This document shows, piece after piece, positions 46,069-56,045 of a stretch of 64,000 bases of DNA (position 1 is its first letter; each line of letters begins with the position of its first letter). Source of the DNA: Minisyncoccia bacterium (GTDB lineage: Bacteria > Patescibacteriota > Minisyncoccia > Phycocordibacterales > UBA918); assembly GCA_041738755.1 (NCBI GenBank), contig JBGSPE010000011.1:70658-134657 (forward strand), given 5' to 3'. The notes under the pieces were generated by a model that ran no database searches, was not told where the DNA came from, and worked only from the letters and a program-made list of their open reading frames with translations. A program made the position numbers and the translations under genes.

Positions 46069-46521
46069 TTACTGTGCAACACACTCTCGATACGTCACCT
46101 GACCTTGTTCAGTCAAAGTCGCCTGTCCGTTGTTTTCCGTGTAAATAATACTCCCATCTACCGTTGAGTACTTTGCCCCGTCTGGGGTAATGTCTTGCGG
46201 TAGTACATATGAGACTTCGGGAGAAATAATTACAGTTAAAGCATTTGAACCCAGGTCATACTTTGTAATAATAGACTTTCCATCAGCGCAGTTAAATTTA
46301 TTATCAATTGTCTGCCCACTTGGCTCAAGGGGTGCTCGCTCTACCAATTCGCCACTTTCATTGAGTATCATTGAACTATCGATTGGTTTTGGAGTTGCTG
46401 CTACCACAATTACCAATACTGCAACCGAGAGCACCAGTGCAATAGCGCCACCGATAGCAATGAACGGTTCGTTCTTTATAAGTTTTTTCAAAGTGTTCAT
46501 ATTTTTAGTATTAATTTTCAA
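46069..46521 (-). CDS. Membrane-anchored protein, possibly MliC-like lysozyme-inhibitor fold
   Basis: TM anchor; two Cys; size and pattern compatible with MliC, but weak. Confidence 0.3.
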   Translation of the reverse strand: MKINTKNMNTLKKLIKNEPFIAIGGAIALVLSVAVLVIVVAATPKPIDSSMILNESGELVERAPLEPSGQTIDNKFNCADGKSIITKYDLGSNALTVIISPEVSYVLPQDITPDGAKYSTVDGSIIYTENNGQATLTEQGQVTYRECVAQ

Positions 46522-47452
46522 TCATAACTTCCGGGTCAGTTACCTCATTATCTTCTTTTACAGGTGATTCGTCTACCGTATCGAAAAAGCTATTTGTCTC
46601 AAGGAGTGACTGAGCTTCTTCAGCAAATTCTACTGCTTGTTTTAAGTCTCCTGCTTCAAGCGTAGTTTCTACATCTTCAAGGTAAGCGCCCAACTCTACA
46701 GCAGAACTTGAAGCGACCTCAGGATCAATAGCGACTTGATTACTAATATCTTCCAATAAAGACTCGACGTACTCCGGAACAGCAGCTGGTGTAGCAGCAA
46801 CAAATTCTACCAATTCTTCTTGGTATAAATTATCAATTTCAGCTTGAACAACATCAAGTTCTGAGGGACGCTCCGTACCAAATTTTTTATCTGCCAAAAA
46901 TGCTTGTTTGCGTAGCGCTACAGAAACTGTCGATACTGCATCGAGAGAATCTTCAGCCGTAATTCCGACCGAATCAATCTCGGTTAAAAATTCTTCAAAC
47001 GTATTTGCTTGTTCTTCAATTTGAGTCTCAAGTACCAGCACTTCTGATTCAGTAAGTTCATTATTCTTGTATAACGTTTCCATTTCGGAGACACGCCGCT
47101 CCATGAGTTCTAACTGGTATACCAACTGTTCAGTAGTACCAAACTGGCCAAAACCTATTACAGGCTCTACCACAGAAACTTTCACTTCGTACAATACATC
47201 GCCTGGCAAACTCTGTGTTGAAGCCACTCCTGTACCCACAGTTACCAAAAAAACTGAAGCAATGGCAATTGACCATTTCGAAAATAGAAATACCGGTCGC
47301 TTCAATGGAGATTGAACCCCTGGAGCCGCTGGTGCATGCAACGTAGTAAATGCCTGCAACTCTGAAAACATTACGTCACGTTCAGTCACACTCAAACCAA
47401 CCTCTTTTTGTGAGGTAAGTAGTGTTTCTATATTGTCAGGTAGTTTTTTCAT
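46511..47452 (-). CDS. Putative anti-sigma factor (single TM, acidic extracytoplasmic domain)
   Basis: Immediately downstream of and overlapping the ECF sigma gene; TM at about residues 60-80. Confidence 0.4.
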   Translation of the reverse strand: MKKLPDNIETLLTSQKEVGLSVTERDVMFSELQAFTTLHAPAAPGVQSPLKRPVFLFSKWSIAIASVFLVTVGTGVASTQSLPGDVLYEVKVSVVEPVIGFGQFGTTEQLVYQLELMERRVSEMETLYKNNELTESEVLVLETQIEEQANTFEEFLTEIDSVGITAEDSLDAVSTVSVALRKQAFLADKKFGTERPSELDVVQAEIDNLYQEELVEFVAATPAAVPEYVESLLEDISNQVAIDPEVASSSAVELGAYLEDVETTLEAGDLKQAVEFAEEAQSLLETNSFFDTVDESPVKEDNEVTDPEVMIEN

Positions 47453-47457
47453 GGTAG

Positions 47458-48027
47458 TTACGTTTCGTTTGGTCGATAGTGTTCTTTTAGTTTTTCGAGG
47501 GCTCGCGCGATTCGCATGGAAATATTTGTCTCTTTCTCTTCAAGGAGGACTGCGATATCTTTGACTGCCAACCCTTCGATATATCTCATGACGAGTACTG
47601 TTCTATACGTGTCCGGCAAATACTCAAGGAGCCTTAAGACCTCTGTTTGCTCGCTATACTCCAACGGATTGACTTCATTCGTTGAAGGCTCAAAGCTCGT
47701 CTCTTCGACCAATGCTTCAAGTGAGTGATTTGTCTTGTCAGTGCGAATCTCATTAATAAACAAATTTCCCGCTATCTTATATAAGAAGGCTTTTTCATAT
47801 GAAATCTCTTTTCCTGCTGCCAAGTGCTGCCAAGTTCGCATAAAAACTTCCTGTGTCAGCTCTTTGGCTCGCTCTCGGTTTCCCAGTCGAAAGTACAGAT
47901 GTCGAAAGATGGCATCACTGTAGGTATGGAATAAGGTTTCAAATTGTTTGTTGAGCGCCTCCATAAGATAAGACACAGTATGCAGAAAAAACTCACAAAA
48001 GACAAAGTGTGAGATTTTGCGTACCAC
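47458..48027 (-). CDS. ECF-type RNA polymerase sigma-70 factor (probable start near 47961)
   Basis: Region 2 (FRHLYFRLGNRERAKELTQEVFMRTW) and region 4 HTH (GLAVKDIAVLLEEKETNISMRIARALEKL). Confidence 0.75.
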   Translation of the reverse strand: MVRKISHFVFCEFFLHTVSYLMEALNKQFETLFHTYSDAIFRHLYFRLGNRERAKELTQEVFMRTWQHLAAGKEISYEKAFLYKIAGNLFINEIRTDKTNHSLEALVEETSFEPSTNEVNPLEYSEQTEVLRLLEYLPDTYRTVLVMRYIEGLAVKDIAVLLEEKETNISMRIARALEKLKEHYRPNET

Positions 48028-48158
48028 TGTGTCTTAAGTAGTGCACGTTGATAACAGTATCTCGTGTGATAGTGCCGAATATACTTTGTATTCAAAACGT
48101 GCCGCAAAGGACGAGATACTATCGATAAAATTACTTAAAAACATATTAAAAATTATTT

Positions 48159-50156
48159 ATGAATAGTTCATTTAAAAAGAGCGTCATTGCCGGTATGCTG
48201 GCATTGACCGTAGTGGGCGGAGCGACCCCAGCCGCCTCTGCTCAAACCCCCTCAATCAGTGATCTCCAAGCACAGATTGCACAATTAGTAGCGACGATTA
48301 ACAACCTTAAACTCCAATTTGGCCAAGGTGGCAATGCAGCCGCGACTTGTTCAAACTACACCTGGGCCCGTTCGCTGGGACAGCGCTCAACCGGAGCTGA
48401 TGTACTGAAGTTACAACAATTCCTTAATAGTGATCCGGACACCCGTGTTGCAGTCTCAGGTGCAGGTTCTCCAGGTTTTGAAACCACCTACTTTGGACCA
48501 GCCACTGCAGCGGCAGTGTCTAAGTTCCAGATAAAGTACCGAAGCGAAATTTTAACTCCAAATGGTCTCGTGAATCCAACAGGGTTCTTTGGCCCATCAT
48601 CAATTACCAAAGCAAATACCTTGTGTGCTGCAGTACCAAGTACACCAACCAACCCGAGCACTCCACCAACCAACGGAGGTAACGAGCCAGAAACACCAGA
48701 ACTACGTGGTGAAGGTACCCTTGATACCTTTGAAATCGACGATGCAGATAGCACCGACGTTGAGGAAGCCTCAGGTGACGCCGTTATTGCTGAACTAACC
48801 ATCGAAGCACGAGATGGCGATCTCGAAATCAATCGAATGGACTTCGCACTTGTGGCTGACCCAGCAAACAACGAACGAGATCCGTGGGATACCTTTGAAA
48901 CCCTCTCACTCTGGGTAGCCGGCGAAAAAATCGCTGAAGTGAATATTGAAGACCGTGATGATTATCTCAATCGAAATCTGGGTACAGTTCGATTCTCAAA
49001 CCTTGACTTAGTACTTGAAGAAGATGAGGAGGTAGAAGTACAAGTAGCTGTCTCAATTCGAAACAACATTGATGGCGCAGGATCTAATGCCGATTGGAAT
49101 ATTAGTGTCGAACGACTTCGATACTTTGATGCTGATGGTGTAGCTACCGACGAAACCTCATTTGGTGACCTTGGTGACAGTGTTACATTCTCAATTGTCG
49201 AACGAGGCGACGGTGAAGAACTTAAGTTTGCCTTAAGTGGAAACAATGATGACAATCGAAATATCGTGGTAGATGATTCAAGACGAACTAATAATGAAAC
49301 CATTCTTGAATATACGATTGAAGCCATTGATAACGATATTGAACTTGAAACACTTTTCGTCAATATTCAAACTGGAACCGCTTCATTTGATGACGTAGTA
49401 CACGATGTACGATTGGTTATTAATGGACGGACCTTCCGTAAGGAAGCTGTGGTGACCACTGGTGACTATAGTGCAAATAATGTCCGAGTTGCATTCGATA
49501 TTGATGGTGACATCACAATTGATGAAGATGATAAGGAAGCAGTCAGTGTAGTGATAGATCTTAAGTCTCGAACAGCGTTCGCCAATGGTGAAACCATCAA
49601 GGCACAAATCACTTCTGCTGAACGTGATCTTACAGAGGCTGAAGGAGCTGATGATGTAACTGATTTTTCAGGAACCGTAGTTGGAAAAGAAATCCGACTC
49701 ATCTCTGAAGGTATTATCACGTCTCCTGACAACGTCGCTTTTACCTTCAAAACTCAAGGGCAAAACGATACAACCGGTATCTTTGAAATCGAATTCGAAG
49801 TAACAGCAGTTGAGGGAGATTACTACATCAACAGTAACGCTACGAGCTCAAGTGCCACAAGTTCAGGCGGCGTACAATTCTCAGTTGATACTGTTGTCGA
49901 CACTCCGACAAACGTTAGTGCTATTCTAGAGGCAACTGCGCGAGAAGACCAAAATGGCGTGTTCGTTGTTCGAGAAGGTCGAACTGAAACATTCACCCTC
50001 CGGGTTACTGTGGATGCATCTGTAGCCGGACAACACCGAGTTGTCCTTAACGCAATCCACTTCTCTGACGAGACCGATGGTGTAACTGATGTTGAAACCT
50101 ACGTGACCCTCCCGGTAAACGATTACCGAAGTCCCTACGGATTTATTAACGAATAA
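48159..50156 (+). CDS. Large secreted protein with N-terminal peptidoglycan-binding (PG_binding_1) domain and acidic beta-rich repeats
   Basis: Signal peptide; LKLQQFLNSDPDTRVAVSGAGSPGFETTYFGPATAAAVSKFQ PG-binding motif. Confidence 0.5.
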   Translation: MNSSFKKSVIAGMLALTVVGGATPAASAQTPSISDLQAQIAQLVATINNLKLQFGQGGNAAATCSNYTWARSLGQRSTGADVLKLQQFLNSDPDTRVAVSGAGSPGFETTYFGPATAAAVSKFQIKYRSEILTPNGLVNPTGFFGPSSITKANTLCAAVPSTPTNPSTPPTNGGNEPETPELRGEGTLDTFEIDDADSTDVEEASGDAVIAELTIEARDGDLEINRMDFALVADPANNERDPWDTFETLSLWVAGEKIAEVNIEDRDDYLNRNLGTVRFSNLDLVLEEDEEVEVQVAVSIRNNIDGAGSNADWNISVERLRYFDADGVATDETSFGDLGDSVTFSIVERGDGEELKFALSGNNDDNRNIVVDDSRRTNNETILEYTIEAIDNDIELETLFVNIQTGTASFDDVVHDVRLVINGRTFRKEAVVTTGDYSANNVRVAFDIDGDITIDEDDKEAVSVVIDLKSRTAFANGETIKAQITSAERDLTEAEGADDVTDFSGTVVGKEIRLISEGIITSPDNVAFTFKTQGQNDTTGIFEIEFEVTAVEGDYYINSNATSSSATSSGGVQFSVDTVVDTPTNVSAILEATAREDQNGVFVVREGRTETFTLRVTVDASVAGQHRVVLNAIHFSDETDGVTDVETYVTLPVNDYRSPYGFINE

Positions 50157-50250
50157 ATCTCGTAAAGAAATTATAAAAGGCCCCGCGATAGCGGGGTTTT
50201 TTGTATCTAGAATTTTTACTAAATGCAGTTGGAAGATATAAATTCTATAC

Positions 50251-51582
50251 CTACTCTTGTATTTGCTGCTGGTTTATAAAGATAACTTCAACTGTCTCTG
50301 AACTCAGTCGCTGCTTGAGCCAGTTTGTTATCATTTTTTGATCCACCTCATCACCTTGATCTGTATTTTCAGATACATACACCAAGACAGTTATTATTTC
50401 TGTACTTCTCTCGTCAAGATACCTTACCGCCGTACCGAGAGCAATATCTACCACTTGATTATCAAGTACAAAAAGTTCATTCTTTAGCTGTTCTGGTGTG
50501 ACCAAAATCTGAGCTCTATTTGTAATTTGCTCTTCAAGGAGCTGCATGCGCTCCTCATCATCTTTAGTTGCCTCTACGAGACTCCTCCACTCTTCTTCAG
50601 TCAAAGCAAACCTGTTTTGTCGGACGACAAGATCAGTATCTTTAAGCCCGAAATCAATTAATCTCTGCTCGAGTACTCGCTCCTCTTCTTCAGTCACCCT
50701 ACGTGAAAGGAAGGCCAGTTCAATTCGCTTCTCACTTTGGGTATATTGGATATTTTTATAAATAATAACGTACCCTTCATTTTCAAACACTGAGGTTATA
50801 TATCGTTCAGCGTTGATAGTGAAATTGTTTTGCTTCACCACAACCACAGCCTGATAAATAGCCGGAATTACAATTGCTGTGATAACTAGTACAATGATTC
50901 TTTTAATACGTCTCTTTTTGAGTTGGTCTGTATATTCTTTTTTGGGTAGTTTTAAGTATTTTGCTACTACCAAAGATGCTAAACAGATGAATATACTGTT
51001 GATTAAAAATAAGTAAAAGGCACCAATAATAAATTTTGGCTGCCATGTCCCTATACCATAACCAACCGTACACAGCGGAGGAATCAAAGCTGTGGCGATT
51101 GCCACTCCTGGCACAATGTTATTTTGTTTTGCTCGACTAATCCCAATGAAACCAGCCAATCCTCCAAAGGTAGCAATCAGTACGTCAAATAGTGTCGGCT
51201 GGATGCGAGCCAGAAGTTCTGATTGTGCATTTGTGATAGGTGTAAGAGCAAAGTACAGTGATGAAATAATAATACTAATCGCAGTTTGGATGAAAAGATT
51301 TTTCCCAGAACGTCGCACTAAACCCCAATCTTCAATAGCCAAACCGAGACCAAGACTTACAATTGGTCCCATCAGCGGTGAGATAAGCATAGCTCCAATT
51401 ATGACGGGGGTTGAATTTATATTTAATCCAACTGACGCCAGCACAATCGCACACACAAGTACCCATACTCGAGCGCTACTGAATACTGTGTCATCTTTTA
51501 TATTTTCAACAATCTCTTTTTTTGACTGTGCTCCCTCTCGTAAGTCGAATAATTTTCGAACCAAGTTTGTGTATGTACCCAT
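50251..51582 (-). CDS. DUF389-family membrane protein
   Basis: N-terminal polytopic hydrophobic domain with a TIGR00341/DUF389-like pattern. Confidence 0.5.
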   Translation of the reverse strand: MGTYTNLVRKLFDLREGAQSKKEIVENIKDDTVFSSARVWVLVCAIVLASVGLNINSTPVIIGAMLISPLMGPIVSLGLGLAIEDWGLVRRSGKNLFIQTAISIIISSLYFALTPITNAQSELLARIQPTLFDVLIATFGGLAGFIGISRAKQNNIVPGVAIATALIPPLCTVGYGIGTWQPKFIIGAFYLFLINSIFICLASLVVAKYLKLPKKEYTDQLKKRRIKRIIVLVITAIVIPAIYQAVVVVKQNNFTINAERYITSVFENEGYVIIYKNIQYTQSEKRIELAFLSRRVTEEEERVLEQRLIDFGLKDTDLVVRQNRFALTEEEWRSLVEATKDDEERMQLLEEQITNRAQILVTPEQLKNELFVLDNQVVDIALGTAVRYLDERSTEIITVLVYVSENTDQGDEVDQKMITNWLKQRLSSETVEVIFINQQQIQE

Positions 51583-51643
51583 TCAGTAATCATAGCAAAC
51601 AAAAAAGCCCCGAGGGGCCTTTTGTATATACTATTTAATACCA

Positions 51644-52054
51644 TTACGTATTCTGCCTTTCTAAGCTCACACCATTGATACAGAACCGATTGTGATTGCC
51701 AAAGTCTCGCGGCCCATCGCCCGTTCGTTCTGGTCCATCTGGAAAGACGTGTCCGAGGTGAGCATCACAGGTGGCACATCGCACTTCTGTCCGTCGCATC
51801 CCATGACTTCTGTCTTCAATTAATCGCACCGCTTCTTTATTCACCGGATCAGTAAATGACGGCCAGCCGCTCCCTGAGTCAAACTTCGTATCAGAACTAA
51901 ACAATAGTGCGTTACAAACCGCACAGTGAAACATTCCCTCATCATCAACGTGTAGCAAGTCACTGCTATGAGCAGGCTCAGTTCCGCCTTCACGGGCAAT
52001 GCGATATAACTCAGGATTTTCTTTCTTTAGCTGTTCATCGGTTTTCATACTCAT
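51644..52054 (-). CDS. msrB: Peptide-methionine (R)-S-oxide reductase MsrB
   Basis: CxxC...CxxC zinc motifs and the HLGHVF catalytic motif. Confidence 0.8.
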   Translation of the reverse strand: MSMKTDEQLKKENPELYRIAREGGTEPAHSSDLLHVDDEGMFHCAVCNALLFSSDTKFDSGSGWPSFTDPVNKEAVRLIEDRSHGMRRTEVRCATCDAHLGHVFPDGPERTGDGPRDFGNHNRFCINGVSLERQNT

Positions 52055-52195
52055 TGTTATTTAATGTTAAGTACACTTTACTACGTAATGTATTGTCTAA
52101 TATTACAATAATTATTAGTGTGTTGCCTATCGATAAAACCAAGTTATGTAAAGCTGGCATAATAAAACCCGCTTTTGGAGCGGGTTTTATTAGTA

Positions 52196-52462
52196 TTACT
52201 TACTCGCGTTCTTGATTCGAGCACTCAGACGAGACTTCTTGCGAGCTGCGGTATTGTCTTTGATGACTCCACGCTTGGCTGCTTTATCGATTGCTTTGTA
52301 CGCTTTTGGTAAAAGTTCCTTGGCTGTCTTGGTGTCACCACTTAATACAGCTTTGTTTACATCCTTCACGACCTCCTTCATTGCAGTCTTACGACGTAAA
52401 TTGAAGATACGCTTTTTTTCTGATTGGCGATAAGCCTTTTCTGCTCCTTTGGTAATTGGCAT
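52196..52462 (-). CDS. rpsT: 30S ribosomal protein S20
   Basis: MPITKGAEKAYRQSEKKR... basic alpha-helical S20 pattern; the listed ORF has a spurious 18-codon N-terminal extension. Confidence 0.8.
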   Translation of the reverse strand: MPITKGAEKAYRQSEKKRIFNLRRKTAMKEVVKDVNKAVLSGDTKTAKELLPKAYKAIDKAAKRGVIKDNTAARKKSRLSARIKNASK

Positions 52463-52555
52463 ATATATATTTATATAAAGTGCGGATACTGTACCCCAGG
52501 ACCATAAAAATGGCAAGCGGTCGCAATCTCCCTCGAGACTTAGTACAATACACGA

Positions 52556-53134
52556 ATGATTCGTTCACTCACGGGAGAAATTAGCGCCCTTACGGAAGGG
52601 TATGTTGTAGTAACTGTTGGTGGCATTGGTTATTTGGTTGGCACCCCAACCAAAACTACACAATATGTACTTGGTACAACCGTCCACCTCCACACCTACC
52701 TCGCTGTCCGAGAAACTGCACTTGATCTCTACGGCTTTGTTAACCAATCTGAACTCGATTTATTTGAATTACTGCTACTAGTTCCTAAAATTGGCCCAAA
52801 GTCGGCCCTCCAGATTCTGAACCAAGCGAGTCCTACCCTCTTGCTCGAAGCCATCGGTAAAAAAGATGGTGCCTACCTGCATAAGCTTTCTGGTATTGGC
52901 AAAAAAACCTGCGAGAATATTGTCCAGTTCCTCCACGATAAAATTGAAAACTTGGCCTTTGCGCCTGAACTTACCCTAAGTAATGGCTTCACTCCAGCCC
53001 AGACCGATGCCATGGATGCGCTCGTCTCACTTGGCTACGACCTCACCTCAGCACGTGAAGCGGTAAAGAACCTTGGTACTGACGATAGTACGGCCAATGA
53101 ACTTATCACCCTCGCCCTTAAAAAAATCCAATAA
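52556..53134 (+). CDS. ruvA: Holliday junction DNA helicase RuvA
   Basis: MIRSLTGEI...GGIGYLV N-terminus; HhH domain. Confidence 0.85.
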   Translation: MIRSLTGEISALTEGYVVVTVGGIGYLVGTPTKTTQYVLGTTVHLHTYLAVRETALDLYGFVNQSELDLFELLLLVPKIGPKSALQILNQASPTLLLEAIGKKDGAYLHKLSGIGKKTCENIVQFLHDKIENLAFAPELTLSNGFTPAQTDAMDALVSLGYDLTSAREAVKNLGTDDSTANELITLALKKIQ

Positions 53135-53199
53135 GCAACACCAGCCAAAACACCCCGTGCCTAGTAGCCGAAAGACTCTTCGGTGCATATAATTGATAC

Positions 53200-54480
53200 A
53201 TGACTGATATTAGAATTTTTGTTAAACGTGTTGTTCCAAAACCGGTATTTACCTTCCTACAACCCTACTATCACCTTGCGCTCGCCTGGTATGGTAATCA
53301 ACGATACAAAAACCCCTCAAAACAGCTAACTGTCATTGCTGTGACTGGTACCAAGGGTAAGTCGACCACGGTGGAACTGATTGAACAAATTCTCCGAGCT
53401 GGTGGTATTAAGGTAGCCTCACTTTCAACCATCCAATTTTCACTCAACGGAAAGAAACAACGAAACCTTTTTAAGATGACTATGCCTGGTCGTTTCTTTG
53501 TGCAGAAATTTTTACGCGATGCAGTTGACGCTGGCTGCACGCACGCCGTAGTGGAGATGACCTCAGAAGGTGCAAAACAATTTCGCCATAAATTTATTGC
53601 GATTGACGCCTTAGTATTTACCAACCTCACTCCAGAACATATTGAATCTCACGGTTCATTTGAAAAATATAAAGAAGCAAAGTTACGCTTGGCTGAAGCA
53701 GTAGCAACTTCACCAAAACGTCCACGTATTTTGGTTGCTAATGCGGACGATAGTCACGGCCAAGACTTTCTTAATTTTGCGGTTGAGAAAAAAATCCCGT
53801 ATCAATTATCTGATTTAAGCCTTTACTCGCTCCACAAGGATAACGTGAGCTTGGTGTACAACAACGTCACTATCCGTGTACCAATAGTTGGGGTGTTTAA
53901 TGTTTCTAATATCCTGGCGGCACTAAAAATCACCGAGGCTTATGGTGTCTCAACTGAAGTTGCAGCCGAGGCGCTGCGAAACCTCGAGACAATAGCTGGC
54001 CGGGTGGAACAATTTGAAAGTCCAAAAGAATCGCCAAAACATATTACAGTGGTCGTAGATTACGCCCACACCACAGACTCACTACAAAAACTCTACGAAG
54101 CATTTCCTGATCGTTCTAAAGTATGTGTCCTGGGAAACACTGGCGGCGGACGTGACACCTGGAAACGACCTGAGATGGCCGCTATTGCTGAACGACACTG
54201 TGAGCAGATTATTCTTACTAACGAAGACCCTTACGACGAAGACCCCGTGAAGATTCTTGAGGACATGGCGGAAGGAATTACTGACAAAACAAAGCTGACC
54301 ATTATTATGGACAGAGAAGCAGCTATTGCGCACGCTATGGATAGCGCGCCGGCTGATAGTTACGTACTTATTTCAGGTAAAGGAACTGATCCATATATCA
54401 TGGGACCAAACGGCACCAAACAACCATGGAGTGATGTTGAGGTAGTACAAAAGCTCCTTAAAGAACGTGCTGCTCGTTAG
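53200..54480 (+). CDS. Mur ligase family protein (MurE/MurF/MurT-like ATP-dependent amide ligase)
   Basis: P-loop VIAVTGTKGKSTT and the Mur ligase middle-domain pattern; exact specificity unclear. Confidence 0.55.
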   Translation: MTDIRIFVKRVVPKPVFTFLQPYYHLALAWYGNQRYKNPSKQLTVIAVTGTKGKSTTVELIEQILRAGGIKVASLSTIQFSLNGKKQRNLFKMTMPGRFFVQKFLRDAVDAGCTHAVVEMTSEGAKQFRHKFIAIDALVFTNLTPEHIESHGSFEKYKEAKLRLAEAVATSPKRPRILVANADDSHGQDFLNFAVEKKIPYQLSDLSLYSLHKDNVSLVYNNVTIRVPIVGVFNVSNILAALKITEAYGVSTEVAAEALRNLETIAGRVEQFESPKESPKHITVVVDYAHTTDSLQKLYEAFPDRSKVCVLGNTGGGRDTWKRPEMAAIAERHCEQIILTNEDPYDEDPVKILEDMAEGITDKTKLTIIMDREAAIAHAMDSAPADSYVLISGKGTDPYIMGPNGTKQPWSDVEVVQKLLKERAAR

Positions 54481-54965
54481 TGATACATCACAATTCCGGC
54501 CGTTACCGAAACATTGAGTGATTCTTTTTGGCCGAGCATGGGTAATTCCAAAATAACGTCTGCTTGAGCAAGAGCCTCACGGCTTACTCCAGTCACTTCA
54601 TTTCCCATAATGTAGGCTACCTTTTCAGGCACAATAAAGTCTTTAAGCATGACGCTCTGCGGGGCTTGCTCTACAGCGACCACGGTGACGCCTTGGGTTT
54701 TCAATTCTAGTATGAGCTGACTGATATCACTGGCAGCTTCCCACGGCATTGTTTCACTCGCACCAAGCGATGTCTTACTAATCTCAGCCTGCACCCGTCC
54801 AAACCTATCTATTGGTGCAGGCGTGTAGCCAAGCAAAAATACTTTAGTCACTCCCGCCCCGTCAGCAGTTCGAAACATTGCCCCAACATTGTAGGCACTT
54901 CTAATATCTTCGAGGATAAGGTATTTCATTGTTGGTAGGGTAGCAAATTGAGGTGATATATACAA
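54477..54965 (-). CDS. SpoU/TrmH-family RNA 2'-O-methyltransferase (SPOUT)
   Basis: AYNVGAMFRTADGAG ... IMGNEVTGVS ... LNVSVTAGIVMY SPOUT motifs. Confidence 0.7.
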   Translation of the reverse strand: MYISPQFATLPTMKYLILEDIRSAYNVGAMFRTADGAGVTKVFLLGYTPAPIDRFGRVQAEISKTSLGASETMPWEAASDISQLILELKTQGVTVVAVEQAPQSVMLKDFIVPEKVAYIMGNEVTGVSREALAQADVILELPMLGQKESLNVSVTAGIVMYH

Positions 54966-55142
54966 AAGTGGTGCGACAAATTACAGCCATGTTTACCGAA
55001 GTTTATTGTCGTCACAAGTCCTCAGAAAGTTTATTCCTTACAGTCATTACTTTCTGGGCTCGCGACCCCGGCTCATCTGAGCGCAGGCTCACATGATTCC
55101 GCCTCGGACGAGCGCCGCATGTGACGCAGGTCACATGCTAAC

Positions 55143-55178
55143 AGAAAACTCCTAGTCATATGACTAGGAGTTTTCTGT
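55143..55178. terminator. Perfect hairpin terminator downstream of tRNA-Lys
   Basis: cagaaaactcctagtcatatgactaggagttttctg. Confidence 0.5.
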
Positions 55179-55186
55179 TACGCTCG

Positions 55187-55259
55187 TCCGCCCTCCAGGG
55201 CTCGAACCTGGGACCATCTCCTTAAAAGGGAGCCGCTCTACCAACTGAGCTAAGGGCGG
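55187..55259 (-). tRNA. tRNA-Lys (anticodon TTT)
   Basis: Acceptor CCGCCCT/AGGGCGG, D-arm GCTCAGTTGGTAGAGC, anticodon loop CTTTTAA, T-loop GGTTCGAGCCC. Confidence 0.8.
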
Positions 55260-55351
55260 ATATTTGATTGTGCACCGTTCCTTGTTTAAAGGTGGGTATT
55301 TCTTTGTTTCCAAAGTCGCAAAACTATACCATTTTGAATTTATAAATCAAA

Positions 55352-56044
55352 CTATACAGTAAGCACCCACCGCTCTAAACTCGTCTCCATTGCTGCTCCT
55401 CCTTGGTGGTCTTCATGATAGAGCACAAGTAGCGTGTCTGATAATTTCTCTATTTCTCCCGGGGCAAAATTCCGCAGTGACTGCTTAGCCTTTTTATATG
55501 GATACTCTTTGAGTCCAGCTGCTTCAGCTGATGGAGTGAGCGTTGCTAGGCGAAGCGTTTTTAATTGCCACCATAAAATTCCAACCAGTTCCTCTTCCCG
55601 TATTTGCTGCAACCGTGCTTGCTGGAGCAACACCCATAATTGTTTTTTATCTTTTCTGGCCAGCGCTTCAGCTAAGCTAAACGGATTGAACCGTTCAGTC
55701 TTTTCAGTCGTAAATTCTTCGATACTATTGGCATGCTTTGTGTACTTCTTTTTAAACTCTGCCAAGAGCCCTCCTTCAAGCACAATAAATACATTACTCG
55801 AAGCGGTGAGAGCTGAGAGTGACTCCAAAACTTCAGCTTCAAACTCGGTATTCCCTGATGGAGTATCGAGCAAAAAATACTCAACCCCTCCAAAGAGTGA
55901 GGCGGTCCCTACAGCACCTGTTACCACACCTTCAAAATAAGTTGTCTCGTCAATAATTGTCGGCCGAACGTCTTGTGACTCAATTATTTTATATGCCGCA
56001 TCGCGAACTTTTGTGCGGTTAGTTCCGTAAAAAACATTCAACAT
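55352..56044 (-). CDS. holA: DNA polymerase III delta subunit (HolA)-like protein, short
   Basis: C-terminal helical region resembles HolA; 230 aa is shorter than canonical. Confidence 0.45.
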   Translation of the reverse strand: MLNVFYGTNRTKVRDAAYKIIESQDVRPTIIDETTYFEGVVTGAVGTASLFGGVEYFLLDTPSGNTEFEAEVLESLSALTASSNVFIVLEGGLLAEFKKKYTKHANSIEEFTTEKTERFNPFSLAEALARKDKKQLWVLLQQARLQQIREEELVGILWWQLKTLRLATLTPSAEAAGLKEYPYKKAKQSLRNFAPGEIEKLSDTLLVLYHEDHQGGAAMETSLERWVLTV

Positions 56045-56045
56045 A

